A stretch of DNA of 58,781 nucleotides, taken from the IMG/VR virus record IMGVR_UViG_2879469214_000007, positions 64,001-122,781 of that record; one strand, given 5' to 3'. Positions within the stretch are counted from its first letter, which is position 1. Every line of letters begins with the position of its first letter. Under the pieces are notes generated by a model. It was not told where the DNA came from and ran no database searches. It saw nothing but the letters and a program-made list of their open reading frames with translations. Shown here piece after piece: positions 1 through 9,636 of the stretch. The position numbers were made by a program, and so were the translations under genes. Source of the DNA: a virus. Its lineage: Duplodnaviria > Heunggongvirae > Uroviricota > Caudoviricetes.

Positions 1-59
1 TGCTTAATTAAAAACCCTACCGTTACGCCAACTAGTAGATATACTATGTTTAAAATCAT
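1..59 (-). CDS. Partial small membrane protein (possible lysis-cassette component), runs off the window edge
   Basis: ATG at 59-57 overlaps the upstream TGA (ATGA coupling). Hand translation gives the hydrophobic N-terminus MILNIVYLLVGVTVGFLIK. Confidence 0.5.
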   Translation of the reverse strand, partial: MILNIVYLLVGVTVGFLIK

Positions 60-310
60 TTCCTCATCTCACCGCCGATAAATGTTTGAATTATCTTCAT
101 AGAGGTCACTAGCTCATTCTGGATTTCTGCATTCTTATTGAGCTGTTCTTCAACTCTGTCGAGAGTATCTTCTATTCCCTGCAAAGTTGTGTGAATACTA
201 CCCCAACTCTTGTCCAGTCTCCATAATGCCCAAGAAGCAACCGCTATTGGAAAACCAAAATTTTTCAGAAACTCTGAAATTGTCTTGAAATCCAACAATT
301 TGAACACCAC
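56..310 (-). CDS. YvrJ-like small membrane protein, putative holin
   Basis: GFPIAVASWALWRLD matches the YvrJ-family motif as recalled, followed by a coiled coil. It lies downstream of the tail genes and has a GTG start. Confidence 0.6.
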   Translation of the reverse strand: MVFKLLDFKTISEFLKNFGFPIAVASWALWRLDKSWGSIHTTLQGIEDTLDRVEEQLNKNAEIQNELVTSMKIIQTFIGGEMRK

Positions 311-384
311 CTAAAAAGATTAAGGAAAGCTTTTCAACTTCCCAATTATCATATATTTATATTATATTAATAGACTGTAGCTTC

Positions 385-2094
385 TTATGGGTAACTCACG
401 ATTTCACTTCTTGGTGACTCATTATCAGATGTGTCAACCGAAGTTATTGCATAATTGTGCTTACCCTCAGCAATGCCTTCAAGTTGGTCAACCATTACTG
501 ATGTGATTAATCCGTCTTTGTTGTAAAGAACGCCATCCACATATAGATTGTATCCTTTGACATCTAAGCTATCACTTGCATTCCACATTGCCTTAATGCC
601 GCCGTTCTCGTTGTCTGCCAGCACTAAACCGCTAGGGGTATTTGGTGCAACAGTGTCTTTTGCAGAAGCACTAATTACCTCAGACATTGGGGATTCATTT
701 CCGCTAGTATCTATAGCTGACATCGAGAAGTTGTGACTCTCGCCATTCACCAGTCCCATGACATCATACATGAAGTCTACTACCGGCTTGTCGTTCAGCT
801 TAACTCCATCCATATAGAAGTTGTATCCGGCAATATCTTTTTCATCATTTGCTTTTTCCGCCATCACATGAACTGAACCGTCAAATGGCATTGCCATGAA
901 TCCTACTGGTGCTAATGGAGCCTTAAAGTCTACATAGCCAGTAATCTCAAGCTTACCTTTTTGAGCAGTTGATGAACCTGTGTTCCAGCCAGCTCTTACT
1001 TCCCAAGTGTAATCAACACCGTCAACGCCGGAAGTTCCGTTTGCAGAAGCATAGCTATTCATGAAGTCAACACAGTTGCCTAAAATCTGAATCTTAACCA
1101 TAGAGCCGCTAGCGCTCATGAACTTGGTATTTGTCCAAGCATACGAGTGAACGCCACCAATTGTGATTCTCGAAGCATCAAAGTCACTGTCTTGATAGAA
1201 GCCATCTGTTTTTGTTGATGCGAACACGCCGCTTGTGAACGCTGTAAGCACGCCAGAAGGAATGTCGTAAACCATCCTAGTGATTTGAGCCGCATTACTT
1301 GATGTACCTGTGTTAGTAACCTCAATCTTACAGCTTTGTGCTTCTGAAATTTGATGGTTCCAGCCATCCGCGCATTCAAGCATATATGCGCCATTGTTCG
1401 TTCCTGTTACTGGGGCTTTGTCGTTGATTGCTTGAAGCGTCTCTCCTGAAATGGTAAATACCACTTGCTCGTGCGCAGTTCGATATAGGTCAAGCTCAAC
1501 ATCTTTTGCTACCAGCGGAACACCAATAACGGAAATTCTGTCGATTTCAAAGTCAACAGCCGTAAAGATTCCAAGCTCTGTATGCAAACTATGGTCTGTA
1601 TAAGCAGTTAATCGTCCATTTGCTTTGTCAAAAGTGGATTTATACACATATGGAGACTTCTCAATTTGAGTGCCACCAACTGAATTACCGTTTGAATCAA
1701 CAACAAGCGAACCTTCGCTTAGTCCAGTGTTCACGCTTCCGGTTTGAGAAACACCACCAGTTATTTTTCCGCCAACCAAGAACTCTGCTCTTTCAACCGT
1801 AATACCACCCATACCCCTATCGGTTAATGAATATGAATACGGACATCCTCGAAGTGTTTTCAGCAAGCCCTGACCAGAATAGAGGTTAATTTCTATATCC
1901 TCAACTTTCCAAAGTGGGTCCATGCGTACTTCTAGTTGTTCTGACTGGTCGCCATTAGGCACAATTGCTTTTTGGACACTGATTACTGTTCTTCCGTCCA
2001 CACCGCGCCTGTAGTCACAATTTAATAAGTATTTATCATCGAAATCAATTTCCGTTGCCGGAATCTTAGTCGTGTCTTTAAATTTAAGCCACAT
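385..2094 (-). CDS. Structural protein with two C-terminal fibronectin type III domains
   Basis: Two Fn3-like units (APLAPVG..DIAGYNFY..SAIDTSGNES and APNTPSG..DVKGYNLY..TSVDTSDNES). The middle has an internal duplication (NGRLTAYT..DFEIDRI / SGVLTAFT..DFDASRI). Confidence 0.75.
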   Translation of the reverse strand: MWLKFKDTTKIPATEIDFDDKYLLNCDYRRGVDGRTVISVQKAIVPNGDQSEQLEVRMDPLWKVEDIEINLYSGQGLLKTLRGCPYSYSLTDRGMGGITVERAEFLVGGKITGGVSQTGSVNTGLSEGSLVVDSNGNSVGGTQIEKSPYVYKSTFDKANGRLTAYTDHSLHTELGIFTAVDFEIDRISVIGVPLVAKDVELDLYRTAHEQVVFTISGETLQAINDKAPVTGTNNGAYMLECADGWNHQISEAQSCKIEVTNTGTSSNAAQITRMVYDIPSGVLTAFTSGVFASTKTDGFYQDSDFDASRITIGGVHSYAWTNTKFMSASGSMVKIQILGNCVDFMNSYASANGTSGVDGVDYTWEVRAGWNTGSSTAQKGKLEITGYVDFKAPLAPVGFMAMPFDGSVHVMAEKANDEKDIAGYNFYMDGVKLNDKPVVDFMYDVMGLVNGESHNFSMSAIDTSGNESPMSEVISASAKDTVAPNTPSGLVLADNENGGIKAMWNASDSLDVKGYNLYVDGVLYNKDGLITSVMVDQLEGIAEGKHNYAITSVDTSDNESPRSEIVSYP

Positions 2095-2195
2095 TAAAAA
2101 AATCCTCCCTGTTCACAGTATCTCTTATAATAACTTCTACACTGATGCGTATAGATGCCATATAAAGACTGTTTTAAGGAGGATTTAATATTAGA

Positions 2196-3110
2196 CTACA
2201 GGCTGTTTTTGTCTAGCGTAAATAGTTCTTCCGCTGAACGATGCCTTAGCCCTTTCTTCCACTCTTCAATGATTTGGACAACTAACTCTCTGCTGTATTG
2301 AGGATAGAGATTCCATCCGCTCACAGCATTATAAGTTTGGTTCGGAGCCATTGAAGATGCCATTTTGTAATGCTTATCTAACAGTTCCTTTATTTCTTGC
2401 TTATGATTAGGAGACATTTGGTTTTGCATGGCTACTGCTTTCTGGAACAATTGAAGCTCTCCTGCTCGATATACCTTAACCCATAGCTTCCCATGCTCCT
2501 GTAGGGCTGAGGTTTGCAGTGAGCCACAGATATCCTTAAGGTAGGATAATCCTGACTGTTCAAAGATTTGGTCAGACATAGCCTTGTTGTAGTACGATTG
2601 GTTGCCCATATCAGCTATATCCAAGGCTGTAAATGTCCCTTCATGCGATATTCCATGAATGACACAGTTGTATTCATTGCAAACCTTTTTCAGTCTGCTT
2701 ACTGTCATAAAGGAATCAATCTTGCTAGAATCAAATATTTGACTATCCTTGTTCATCTCCACTAATTCACCATTGGGCAGTATGGCAACAGATACGACCT
2801 CTCCCTCTAAGCCGGGAATGACATGGTGCTTACAATCAAACATTAAATCGCTAATATCTTTAGGGTCGGGGTAGCCCATAAGAACAAGGGGCTTTTCCTC
2901 AAAAACGCTCACCATAGATTTGTAATCTACATCTCTCTCAGAGATAACACAGCCAAATCCACCTTCACGCTCAAACACATCAACAACTTGGGGGAACCTA
3001 CCGAATTTCTCTCGGTAGTCCCTCATGAAGTTGCTTCTGAATTGTGTCCCATTCTTTGCTGTTGTATCAACCAGCTCTTTGATTTCCATTAAGTGAATTA
3101 TTTTCTCCAT
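2196..3110 (-). CDS. Hypothetical protein, possibly a degenerate RNA-ligase/nucleotidyltransferase fold
   Basis: Motif order resembles ligase motifs I, III, IIIa, IV and V (PGLEG, VIHG, FTALDI, LWVKV, FQK), but GLEG replaces KxDG. It is coupled to the upstream gene. Confidence 0.4.
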   Translation of the reverse strand: MEKIIHLMEIKELVDTTAKNGTQFRSNFMRDYREKFGRFPQVVDVFEREGGFGCVISERDVDYKSMVSVFEEKPLVLMGYPDPKDISDLMFDCKHHVIPGLEGEVVSVAILPNGELVEMNKDSQIFDSSKIDSFMTVSRLKKVCNEYNCVIHGISHEGTFTALDIADMGNQSYYNKAMSDQIFEQSGLSYLKDICGSLQTSALQEHGKLWVKVYRAGELQLFQKAVAMQNQMSPNHKQEIKELLDKHYKMASSMAPNQTYNAVSGWNLYPQYSRELVVQIIEEWKKGLRHRSAEELFTLDKNSL

Positions 3111-3111
3111 G

Positions 3112-3954
3112 CTACACCAGCCCTCCGCTAAATACCCCTTTGAACGGGAAGTTTATTCCTTTTGCTACCCAGTCATAATCATAGTTGAATATGCCCGGGT
3201 TCTTCGGCTTAACATCCAGAACAACCTTTTCCTTATATGCATCCGTTGCAAACACTCCTTTAAACATAGGTGTGTCTACACAAGCCATCCCTCTATAACT
3301 ATCAATGCGCAATGGCATCTCTGTAATCATCTTAAGCGTCCCGAAAACATAATCATTGTCTTCCTGAACCAGCTTGGCTATTTCCTTGCCCTTCTCGTGT
3401 GCTTCCTTACAATCTAACGAACAAGGAACTATAGGGCTGATGAATAACCCCAATGGTGCCAGCAGACTGTTCATTTCAAAGCCTTCCAGCTTCTTGATTC
3501 TTCCTCGCGCCGCTTCATACAGGTGGTGATATGGGTCACGATACGGGCTTTCAAAATAAGCCTTCTTACAACAATCGGGAGCTAATGCAAGCTGGTAGAT
3601 ATCACGCATTAAATCCCATCTGTTACTTAGGTCAATTCCTTGAGAGTCAAACTTCCCGTACACTCCCACGGTTTTAACTAGCTGAGGATGACTCCTACGC
3701 GCCGTTTGCTCAGTAGACCATCGGACAGGGTAGTGATTGGTCACAACTGCATCACCAACGGTTTCTGTCATGACATTGGGATTATAAGTCGGTGCAAACT
3801 CTGCTAGCCCTGCATCCACAATGAGTCTTGGGAAACGGTTCAAGAGATAGGACTTGGCAAGCGCCACGTCCCTCTCCCATTGCAATTTAGCTGTTCCTGA
3901 TGCCCATACAAAGCGGACAAGATATGGTACGTTGATTTGATGTACTTCTCTCAT
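3112..3954 (-). CDS. DUF483-like Cys-motif protein, radical SAM partner
   Basis: LAPDCC and PIVPCSLDCKEA motifs. The start codon abuts the radical SAM stop codon. Confidence 0.5.
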   Translation of the reverse strand: MREVHQINVPYLVRFVWASGTAKLQWERDVALAKSYLLNRFPRLIVDAGLAEFAPTYNPNVMTETVGDAVVTNHYPVRWSTEQTARRSHPQLVKTVGVYGKFDSQGIDLSNRWDLMRDIYQLALAPDCCKKAYFESPYRDPYHHLYEAARGRIKKLEGFEMNSLLAPLGLFISPIVPCSLDCKEAHEKGKEIAKLVQEDNDYVFGTLKMITEMPLRIDSYRGMACVDTPMFKGVFATDAYKEKVVLDVKPKNPGIFNYDYDWVAKGINFPFKGVFSGGLV

Positions 3955-5208
3955 TTAATATGCACCCCTTCTGCCGCCACGGTCATTTGTTTGCTCAAAC
4001 ATCCTGCTGAATACAAGGTCACTTGCGGTTCCGTTATTAATTCGATTGAACATTTCATTGTCAGAAAGATTGTGTTTCTCCGTTGTTAGTCTCAGATTGG
4101 GCATCATTTTCTTGTATGCTCTTTCTGTTGTCTCATATAAAGCATAAAGGGATTCACAGTGTTGCGATTTGTTTCTCCAATCTCCATCCTCAGCAGAACC
4201 GGGACAATGCGCATTACAAATAGACCAATACTTACATCCGCCACATCCGCCTTCGGACATTGGGATTTGTCGAAGAATCGAATATCTTTCATTGGATACC
4301 CTGTCTGCATTCCCGTTCTTTTCCGCCAAGAAAACTGTACCATCCTTGGATGTACGCAAGCAGTTCCCTACTGTACCATCGCCATAAATAGGTCGCTCTC
4401 CAAGCGTGTGATACGGGTCGCACTGTGTTGTGACGCATGTTCTGTATCCGAATCCCAGTAGAGAATCGACCACATCAATAAACGGAGCATAATATAAATC
4501 GTTCTCCATTAGGAACGGTGCCATCTCTTGGTAGAAGTGAATTTCCTCTTCCATCGGAATTTGTAGCTGGTCAGCCAACTCAGGGAAGTCCAGTTCAATC
4601 ATGTTAAGCCTTCCGTTAATAATCCCAATGTCTTTCATCATCAATAGAAACTCTTTGAGCTTAGGGATGCGCTCCTTTGTCCCATTGTGCTTGTTTACTA
4701 CAGCGATAATGCTTGTGGGCACACCGCGCTCCTTGAGCTTTTGAATGTTGCGAATAATTTTCGCTGTATTCTTCCTTGTTTTATCTACATTTCCCATCCA
4801 TCTTCCATCGTTCAGTTCCTCGTGACCATCAATGCTGATTCCTACAGCCGTCTTGTATTTCAAGAACATTTCAATATGGTCATCGTCGATTAGGGAACCA
4901 TTAGTTTGTATGGAAGTCACTGTTTCATCCGGGTCAAGCTTCCCCTTGCGCTCAATAATCTTTTTGCTGAACATATCGTAAAATTCACTAAGAACCTTTT
5001 CTATTTGCTTCTTCGGCAACAATAGCGGCTCTCCCCCGTGAAGGTTTGGTGCGTAGGTCATATCAATATCTTTTACAGCTTGAATGAGCTTATCTACTTC
5101 ATTTCCCGGTTGTCTGCCCACATGTCTGTTCTCCTGACGAGAAACAGCTTCGTAGCAATAGGTGCAGTCTTGATTGCAGTTGATTGTTAGTTTCGCACTA
5201 TATGCCAA
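3955..5208 (-). CDS. Radical SAM/SPASM-domain enzyme (anSME/peptide-maturase-like)
   Basis: CNQDCTYC (CxxxCxxC), HGGEPLL, IQTNG and GISIDG motifs. The C-terminal SPASM pattern is GTVGNC ... CGGCKYWSICNAHC ... HC. Confidence 0.92.
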   Translation of the reverse strand: MAYSAKLTINCNQDCTYCYEAVSRQENRHVGRQPGNEVDKLIQAVKDIDMTYAPNLHGGEPLLLPKKQIEKVLSEFYDMFSKKIIERKGKLDPDETVTSIQTNGSLIDDDHIEMFLKYKTAVGISIDGHEELNDGRWMGNVDKTRKNTAKIIRNIQKLKERGVPTSIIAVVNKHNGTKERIPKLKEFLLMMKDIGIINGRLNMIELDFPELADQLQIPMEEEIHFYQEMAPFLMENDLYYAPFIDVVDSLLGFGYRTCVTTQCDPYHTLGERPIYGDGTVGNCLRTSKDGTVFLAEKNGNADRVSNERYSILRQIPMSEGGCGGCKYWSICNAHCPGSAEDGDWRNKSQHCESLYALYETTERAYKKMMPNLRLTTEKHNLSDNEMFNRINNGTASDLVFSRMFEQTNDRGGRRGAY

Positions 5209-5214
5209 AATTCC

Positions 5215-5934
5215 TCACTCCCTTATGTCGATTCCGCGAAGTATAATCCCTCTTGGTCCTTGTTCAATATTCATGGTTTCAGCTCCGTTGTTCCCCATAA
5301 TTGCTTTCGCGTGAGGACGATACGCTACATCACTTGGCAATGGCATGAGATGGTCTGATTCAGCCACCTTCCAGAACAATCTGAAATGCGGTTGCTTCGG
5401 AAATTGCACTCTATGCAAATGCTTGCTTGTCCATGTGTGTATTCTGCCTGACTCTGCTTCTACAGAATTTAAGCTGAACTTATCAGAGTTTTCCGTCATG
5501 TATCTCCTGAACTCCACATGGTTCATTCCCGGCATGTTAACCGAATCTTCAATAGTTAGTGACTTGTCTGTGTCCAAAAACTCTGTCTTTATCTGACCGT
5601 CAATTCCATCACCAAGCCCGACCATCGTATGAAAGATGTCGTCTGCATCTGGTGGGAATCCTGAGCCATCGCAATGCCAGTCACTAGTAGGCACATGTAT
5701 CAATGAACCAGCCAGATAATGAATGGTAATATAGCAGTTAACATATTTTCGATTATGTCGTAATGGCGTATTGTCTAATAGCCATCTATTAATTTCTCCG
5801 CCGCTTCTATAAAGCTCATTAGCGTCTATTCTTATACCCCAAGGGCTTCTTAGCATCTCTATAAAAGAGAAGGGGAGCACTAATCTCTCCCCGATTTCCA
5901 CACTTGAGATACCTTTTAAGTCAAGCTGATACAT
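5215..5934 (-). CDS. Fe(II)/2OG oxygenase-like paralog 6
   Basis: WHCDG ... HLHR facial triad and FRLFWKVAESD strand; paralogous to the neighbouring genes. Confidence 0.75.
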   Translation of the reverse strand: MYQLDLKGISSVEIGERLVLPFSFIEMLRSPWGIRIDANELYRSGGEINRWLLDNTPLRHNRKYVNCYITIHYLAGSLIHVPTSDWHCDGSGFPPDADDIFHTMVGLGDGIDGQIKTEFLDTDKSLTIEDSVNMPGMNHVEFRRYMTENSDKFSLNSVEAESGRIHTWTSKHLHRVQFPKQPHFRLFWKVAESDHLMPLPSDVAYRPHAKAIMGNNGAETMNIEQGPRGIILRGIDIRE

Positions 5935-5945
5935 AGCTACTCTCC

Positions 5946-6641
5946 TTAGTATTTATCTCTGATAATTACTCCCCATTGCTTGCTATGCTCCAAGCAAAGT
6001 GCTTTATCTCCGCGATTCCCTTGGAAAACAAATTGCTCCCATCGTCTGGAATTAGCCAGCCTATCAGCCTTGTGATAATCGGATTCCCTGATTTCAAAGA
6101 AGAATCGAAACTCTGGCTTTTCAACTACCCCAACGCGATGAACATGTTGGCACGTCATGGTGACGAAGCGATTCGGCTCAATTTGCTTCGGCTTGAAACC
6201 GTATTTGTGCTGAACGGATTCGAAGTATCCCATTAGCTCTCTATGCCCCATGCGGGAAACATCGAACTCCTCTTCAACTTCGATTTGGTTCTCTAAAAAC
6301 TCCGTTAATAAGTTACTTGAATCTCCAACCAGCAAATGCGTAATATCTCCTGAATGCATAACAGGGACATCATGACCGTCTACATGCCACTCTGTAGTGT
6401 TTACCGGACAATATCCCGGCTTAATAAACTGCATTTGCACACGAACGGAATAGTATTTCTTTGAATGTGTTAGCGGAGCACTATCAATAATTTTCCTTAA
6501 GTTCTCCCCGCCCAATCTATATACATCGTCGATTTCTGCACGAACGAAAGTTGGCATTGAAAGCAATTCCGCCAAGTTCGGCATGTCAATCTCTGGACCA
6601 ATCCCCAAACTGTCAAACCCAAGAAGTGTTGTTTTATGCAA
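5946..6641 (-). CDS. Fe(II)/2OG oxygenase-like paralog 5
   Basis: WHVDG ... HVHR and FRFFFEIRESD; TTG start. Confidence 0.75.
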   Translation of the reverse strand: MHKTTLLGFDSLGIGPEIDMPNLAELLSMPTFVRAEIDDVYRLGGENLRKIIDSAPLTHSKKYYSVRVQMQFIKPGYCPVNTTEWHVDGHDVPVMHSGDITHLLVGDSSNLLTEFLENQIEVEEEFDVSRMGHRELMGYFESVQHKYGFKPKQIEPNRFVTMTCQHVHRVGVVEKPEFRFFFEIRESDYHKADRLANSRRWEQFVFQGNRGDKALCLEHSKQWGVIIRDKY

Positions 6642-6675
6642 AGCCTTTCCCTTCCTCTCTTGAATTATAATTATA

Positions 6676-7380
6676 TTATAACATATTTAATGCTCTTAAC
6701 ACAATGCCGCGCTCGATGTGCTCAAGATTAATTGCTGAGACATCTCTATTCTTTAGCCAAACCTCCGAGTGCTTACCTCTTGCCTTCTCCAATGGATTTG
6801 ACTGGTCGAAGTTCGACTCACGGACTATCATGGAGAATCTAAAGCACGGCTTTGATGGCGCATCAGGTACTCTGTGCAAGTGCCTTGAATTAAAGGTTAC
6901 AAATGTATCCTGTGGTATTTCCCTTGCTTTGAAATTTTCAATCCTGTGTTTATTTTCCTCGATGTATCTTCTGAACTCATAATGGTCTAAATCCTTAACC
7001 GAGTCATCAGCTTCAAGAATTGCTGGTTCTGCTAAAAATTCCGTTACTAAATCCGTGTAGCCGATAAGGATGTGAAACTTTTCATCAAACGAGTAATACG
7101 GACATCCCATAGAGCCGTCACAATGCCAGTCTGTGGTTCTCATGGCTACGGTCTGTGGCGTAAGGCACTTCAAGTCTACAGTCACACATATATTATTATA
7201 CTCATGCGTTATTGGAACCTGATTTAAGAGCCATTGATTAAATTCTCCACCGTGCCTATAGAAATCATCAACATCTGCCCTTGTAAACATTGGGCTTCTC
7301 AAGATTTCAGCAATCTTTGGTAGCTCGATTTTATTTCCAATCCCTAGTGTGTCATATCCCTCAAACAAAAGTTTTTCCAA
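6676..7380 (-). CDS. Fe(II)/2OG oxygenase-like paralog 4
   Basis: WHCDG ... HLHR and FRFSMIVRESN; TTG start. Confidence 0.75.
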   Translation of the reverse strand: MEKLLFEGYDTLGIGNKIELPKIAEILRSPMFTRADVDDFYRHGGEFNQWLLNQVPITHEYNNICVTVDLKCLTPQTVAMRTTDWHCDGSMGCPYYSFDEKFHILIGYTDLVTEFLAEPAILEADDSVKDLDHYEFRRYIEENKHRIENFKAREIPQDTFVTFNSRHLHRVPDAPSKPCFRFSMIVRESNFDQSNPLEKARGKHSEVWLKNRDVSAINLEHIERGIVLRALNML

Positions 7381-7397
7381 ACCTTTACCATTCCTTT

Positions 7398-8195
7398 CTA
7401 GTATCCATCTGTGTGCGGCGTTCCCGGTGAATCGCTGTGCATTGTGCCGTCACTGTGGTTAATCCCATCGCTATGTGGTCTTGCATCATTATGGACAGCT
7501 TCGTGATATATACTTCCGTCTGCATGGTCGCCACCGTCCATATGTGGAGAACCATCGCCATGATACCCTCCGCCATCTGAGTGCGGTGCTCCATCGCCAT
7601 GGTAATTACCTCCATCAGAGTGAGGTCTACTGTCACCATGATACTTCTGAGGTGAGATATAATCATCGTGATAAGTTCCATCGCTGTGTGGAGAAATGTA
7701 ATCGCTGTGCATGGAGCTATCGGTATGCGGTGAAATATAATCGCTGTGCATCAATCCATCGGAGTGGAAGTTGGTGCCGTCAGCGTGCATACTCGAATAT
7801 TCCGGCGTGATGCTATCGCTGTGTAAATACGAGTCTGCGTGTCCGCCTGTTCCATCCGAGTGTGGGCTACCATCGCTATGCCCTGATGCCGGAGTATCAG
7901 AGTGAATTTTTCGTTTGTTTTTAGTTGACTCAGAAATCCAATACGGTCTGTCTCCTTCTAGCCATATGCTCCCCGATATTGCTCCGGCAATCTGCCCCAT
8001 ATTCAAGCTTGAGCAGACCCTATGGTTTCTTGAAGCGTCGATATAATGCAAGTCTTCTCCCTGAATCCATATGCTTGCAGGAATTGCATTTGAAACCGTC
8101 CCTAGATTTGACCCTGCATGATAACGGGTCACGCCTGTATTGTCTACCCAATAAAAATAGCTTCCGTCAACCCAACATGAGCCTACTACTGCCAA
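7398..8195 (-). CDS. His-X-Asp repeat protein (candidate modified substrate/precursor or virion appendage)
   Basis: The N-terminal ~95 aa hold three (G/A)S(C/I)W-x-x-G repeats. Residues 98-263 hold 24 HxD motifs (hand count) in a Gly/Ser/Pro/Tyr-rich background. Confidence 0.85.
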   Translation of the reverse strand: MAVVGSCWVDGSYFYWVDNTGVTRYHAGSNLGTVSNAIPASIWIQGEDLHYIDASRNHRVCSSLNMGQIAGAISGSIWLEGDRPYWISESTKNKRKIHSDTPASGHSDGSPHSDGTGGHADSYLHSDSITPEYSSMHADGTNFHSDGLMHSDYISPHTDSSMHSDYISPHSDGTYHDDYISPQKYHGDSRPHSDGGNYHGDGAPHSDGGGYHGDGSPHMDGGDHADGSIYHEAVHNDARPHSDGINHSDGTMHSDSPGTPHTDGY

Positions 8196-8207
8196 TGCTT
8201 TTCCTCC

Positions 8208-8885
8208 TTATAAGTGTATGAAGAATCGGTCTTCTTCTGAGTTGATAATATTCTTTGTTGGCTTGCCGACCTCCGAATAAATATAGGAGCCTAATAGCCT
8301 TGACTTGGAGATATGCTGGCTTGGCAATTCGTCAGATTCGCAAATACGGAACATGAATCTAAACTCTTCCTTTTCGGGATTGGTGGCTCTATGAGCATGA
8401 CCAGCAGTAAATTCAACGAACTGATTGGCTGGTATTCTTTTCCCAACGATTCCTATCTCGTCCGCATTGTCGTTAATATACTTGTCGTACTCTTGGTGTG
8501 TAATTTCACTATCAACAAGAAGCTCAATTCTATCTTTGTTAAATTCAGTTGTAGCCGTGCAATCACTAACTACTAGGAATAGCCTGTCATAAGCGTTAAA
8601 AGGAACCTTCGAGCCATCGACATGCCAATTATGCTTATACTTGATGGTTCCAACCCCCGGCTTTAGTAGCTGTAGGCTCGTCCAAATATTCACATACTTC
8701 ATGTCATTTTTCATTGGTGCCTTGTCTAAAAAATAACGGGCTATTTCCCCTCCATGTCTATAGAAATCTTCTGCTGAACATCTGTCATAGACGGGTACAG
8801 ATAGCAGTTCTGCAACAGTGGGCATTTCAAGCGCTATGTCATGCACCAATGGGAACCCTTCAAGTATTGTTTTTTTTAATTCCAT
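8208..8885 (-). CDS. Fe(II)/2OG oxygenase-like paralog 3
   Basis: WHVDG ... HAHR and FRFMFRICESD. Confidence 0.75.
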   Translation of the reverse strand: MELKKTILEGFPLVHDIALEMPTVAELLSVPVYDRCSAEDFYRHGGEIARYFLDKAPMKNDMKYVNIWTSLQLLKPGVGTIKYKHNWHVDGSKVPFNAYDRLFLVVSDCTATTEFNKDRIELLVDSEITHQEYDKYINDNADEIGIVGKRIPANQFVEFTAGHAHRATNPEKEEFRFMFRICESDELPSQHISKSRLLGSYIYSEVGKPTKNIINSEEDRFFIHL

Positions 8886-8896
8886 TCAAATCATCC

Positions 8897-9616
8897 TCAT
8901 AGATTGATAATTACTTTGTCCTTCAATTGCTCAATGCTTTTGTAGGCGGCAGTTTTCTCAAACTTATCTATCGTGAACTGTGTTCCGTCCGGGTTTTCGT
9001 TATAGGTGAAGCTATCCGTAACCAAGCTTTGCTCGAACGAAGCCGGCTGGAATATATCTGATTCAATGACGCGGAACATAAAGCGGAACTCTAGCTCTTT
9101 TGGTAGAACAGCTCTATGCGCATGTGAAGCCCCGAACGTCACAAATCTTTCAGCTTCTATGTCTTGTGCAACCAAACCGAGCCTATCCTTGTTTTCCTCA
9201 ATGTAATGGTTTAACTCCATTTGAGAGATATTCTCTGGTAAAGAATCAGTTTCCACCACCTGTGAATTAAACTGGGTTACTGCCGAACACTTGCTAATCA
9301 GCAAATGAGTAATGTCGTTATTTTGGGTGAGCAAAGGACTTCCGCTTCCGTCCGTGTGCCATCTGTCAACAAACTTGATTGACACCTTCGATGGACTTAA
9401 TAACTGCACACGAGAGGTAATCAGGACATGCTTTCTGTTATGCATGAGCGGAATCTTATCCAATAGGTTTCTATATATCTCCCCGCCGTGTCTGTATACC
9501 TCGTCTGCATCTGCATACTGGAACCATGGCATTGCCAGCAGTGATGCGATATTAGGAAGCTCAACCTTATCGCCTACTTTTGGAAAGCCTGAGAGCAACA
9601 TTTTTTTGGTAGACAT
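8897..9616 (-). CDS. Fe(II)/2OG oxygenase-like paralog 2
   Basis: WHTDG ... HAHR and FRFMFRVIESD. The start was moved to ATG 9616, which has the SD GAGGG upstream. Confidence 0.75.
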   Translation of the reverse strand: MSTKKMLLSGFPKVGDKVELPNIASLLAMPWFQYADADEVYRHGGEIYRNLLDKIPLMHNRKHVLITSRVQLLSPSKVSIKFVDRWHTDGSGSPLLTQNNDITHLLISKCSAVTQFNSQVVETDSLPENISQMELNHYIEENKDRLGLVAQDIEAERFVTFGASHAHRAVLPKELEFRFMFRVIESDIFQPASFEQSLVTDSFTYNENPDGTQFTIDKFEKTAAYKSIEQLKDKVIINL

Positions 9617-9636
9617 ACTGAAATCCCTCACTTATA

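Noticed and set aside
7385-7810. Overlapping ORFs 7385..7681 (-) and 7475..7810 (+)
   Set aside because: These are frame shadows of the repetitive HxD gene, with no independent motif or ribosome-binding site.
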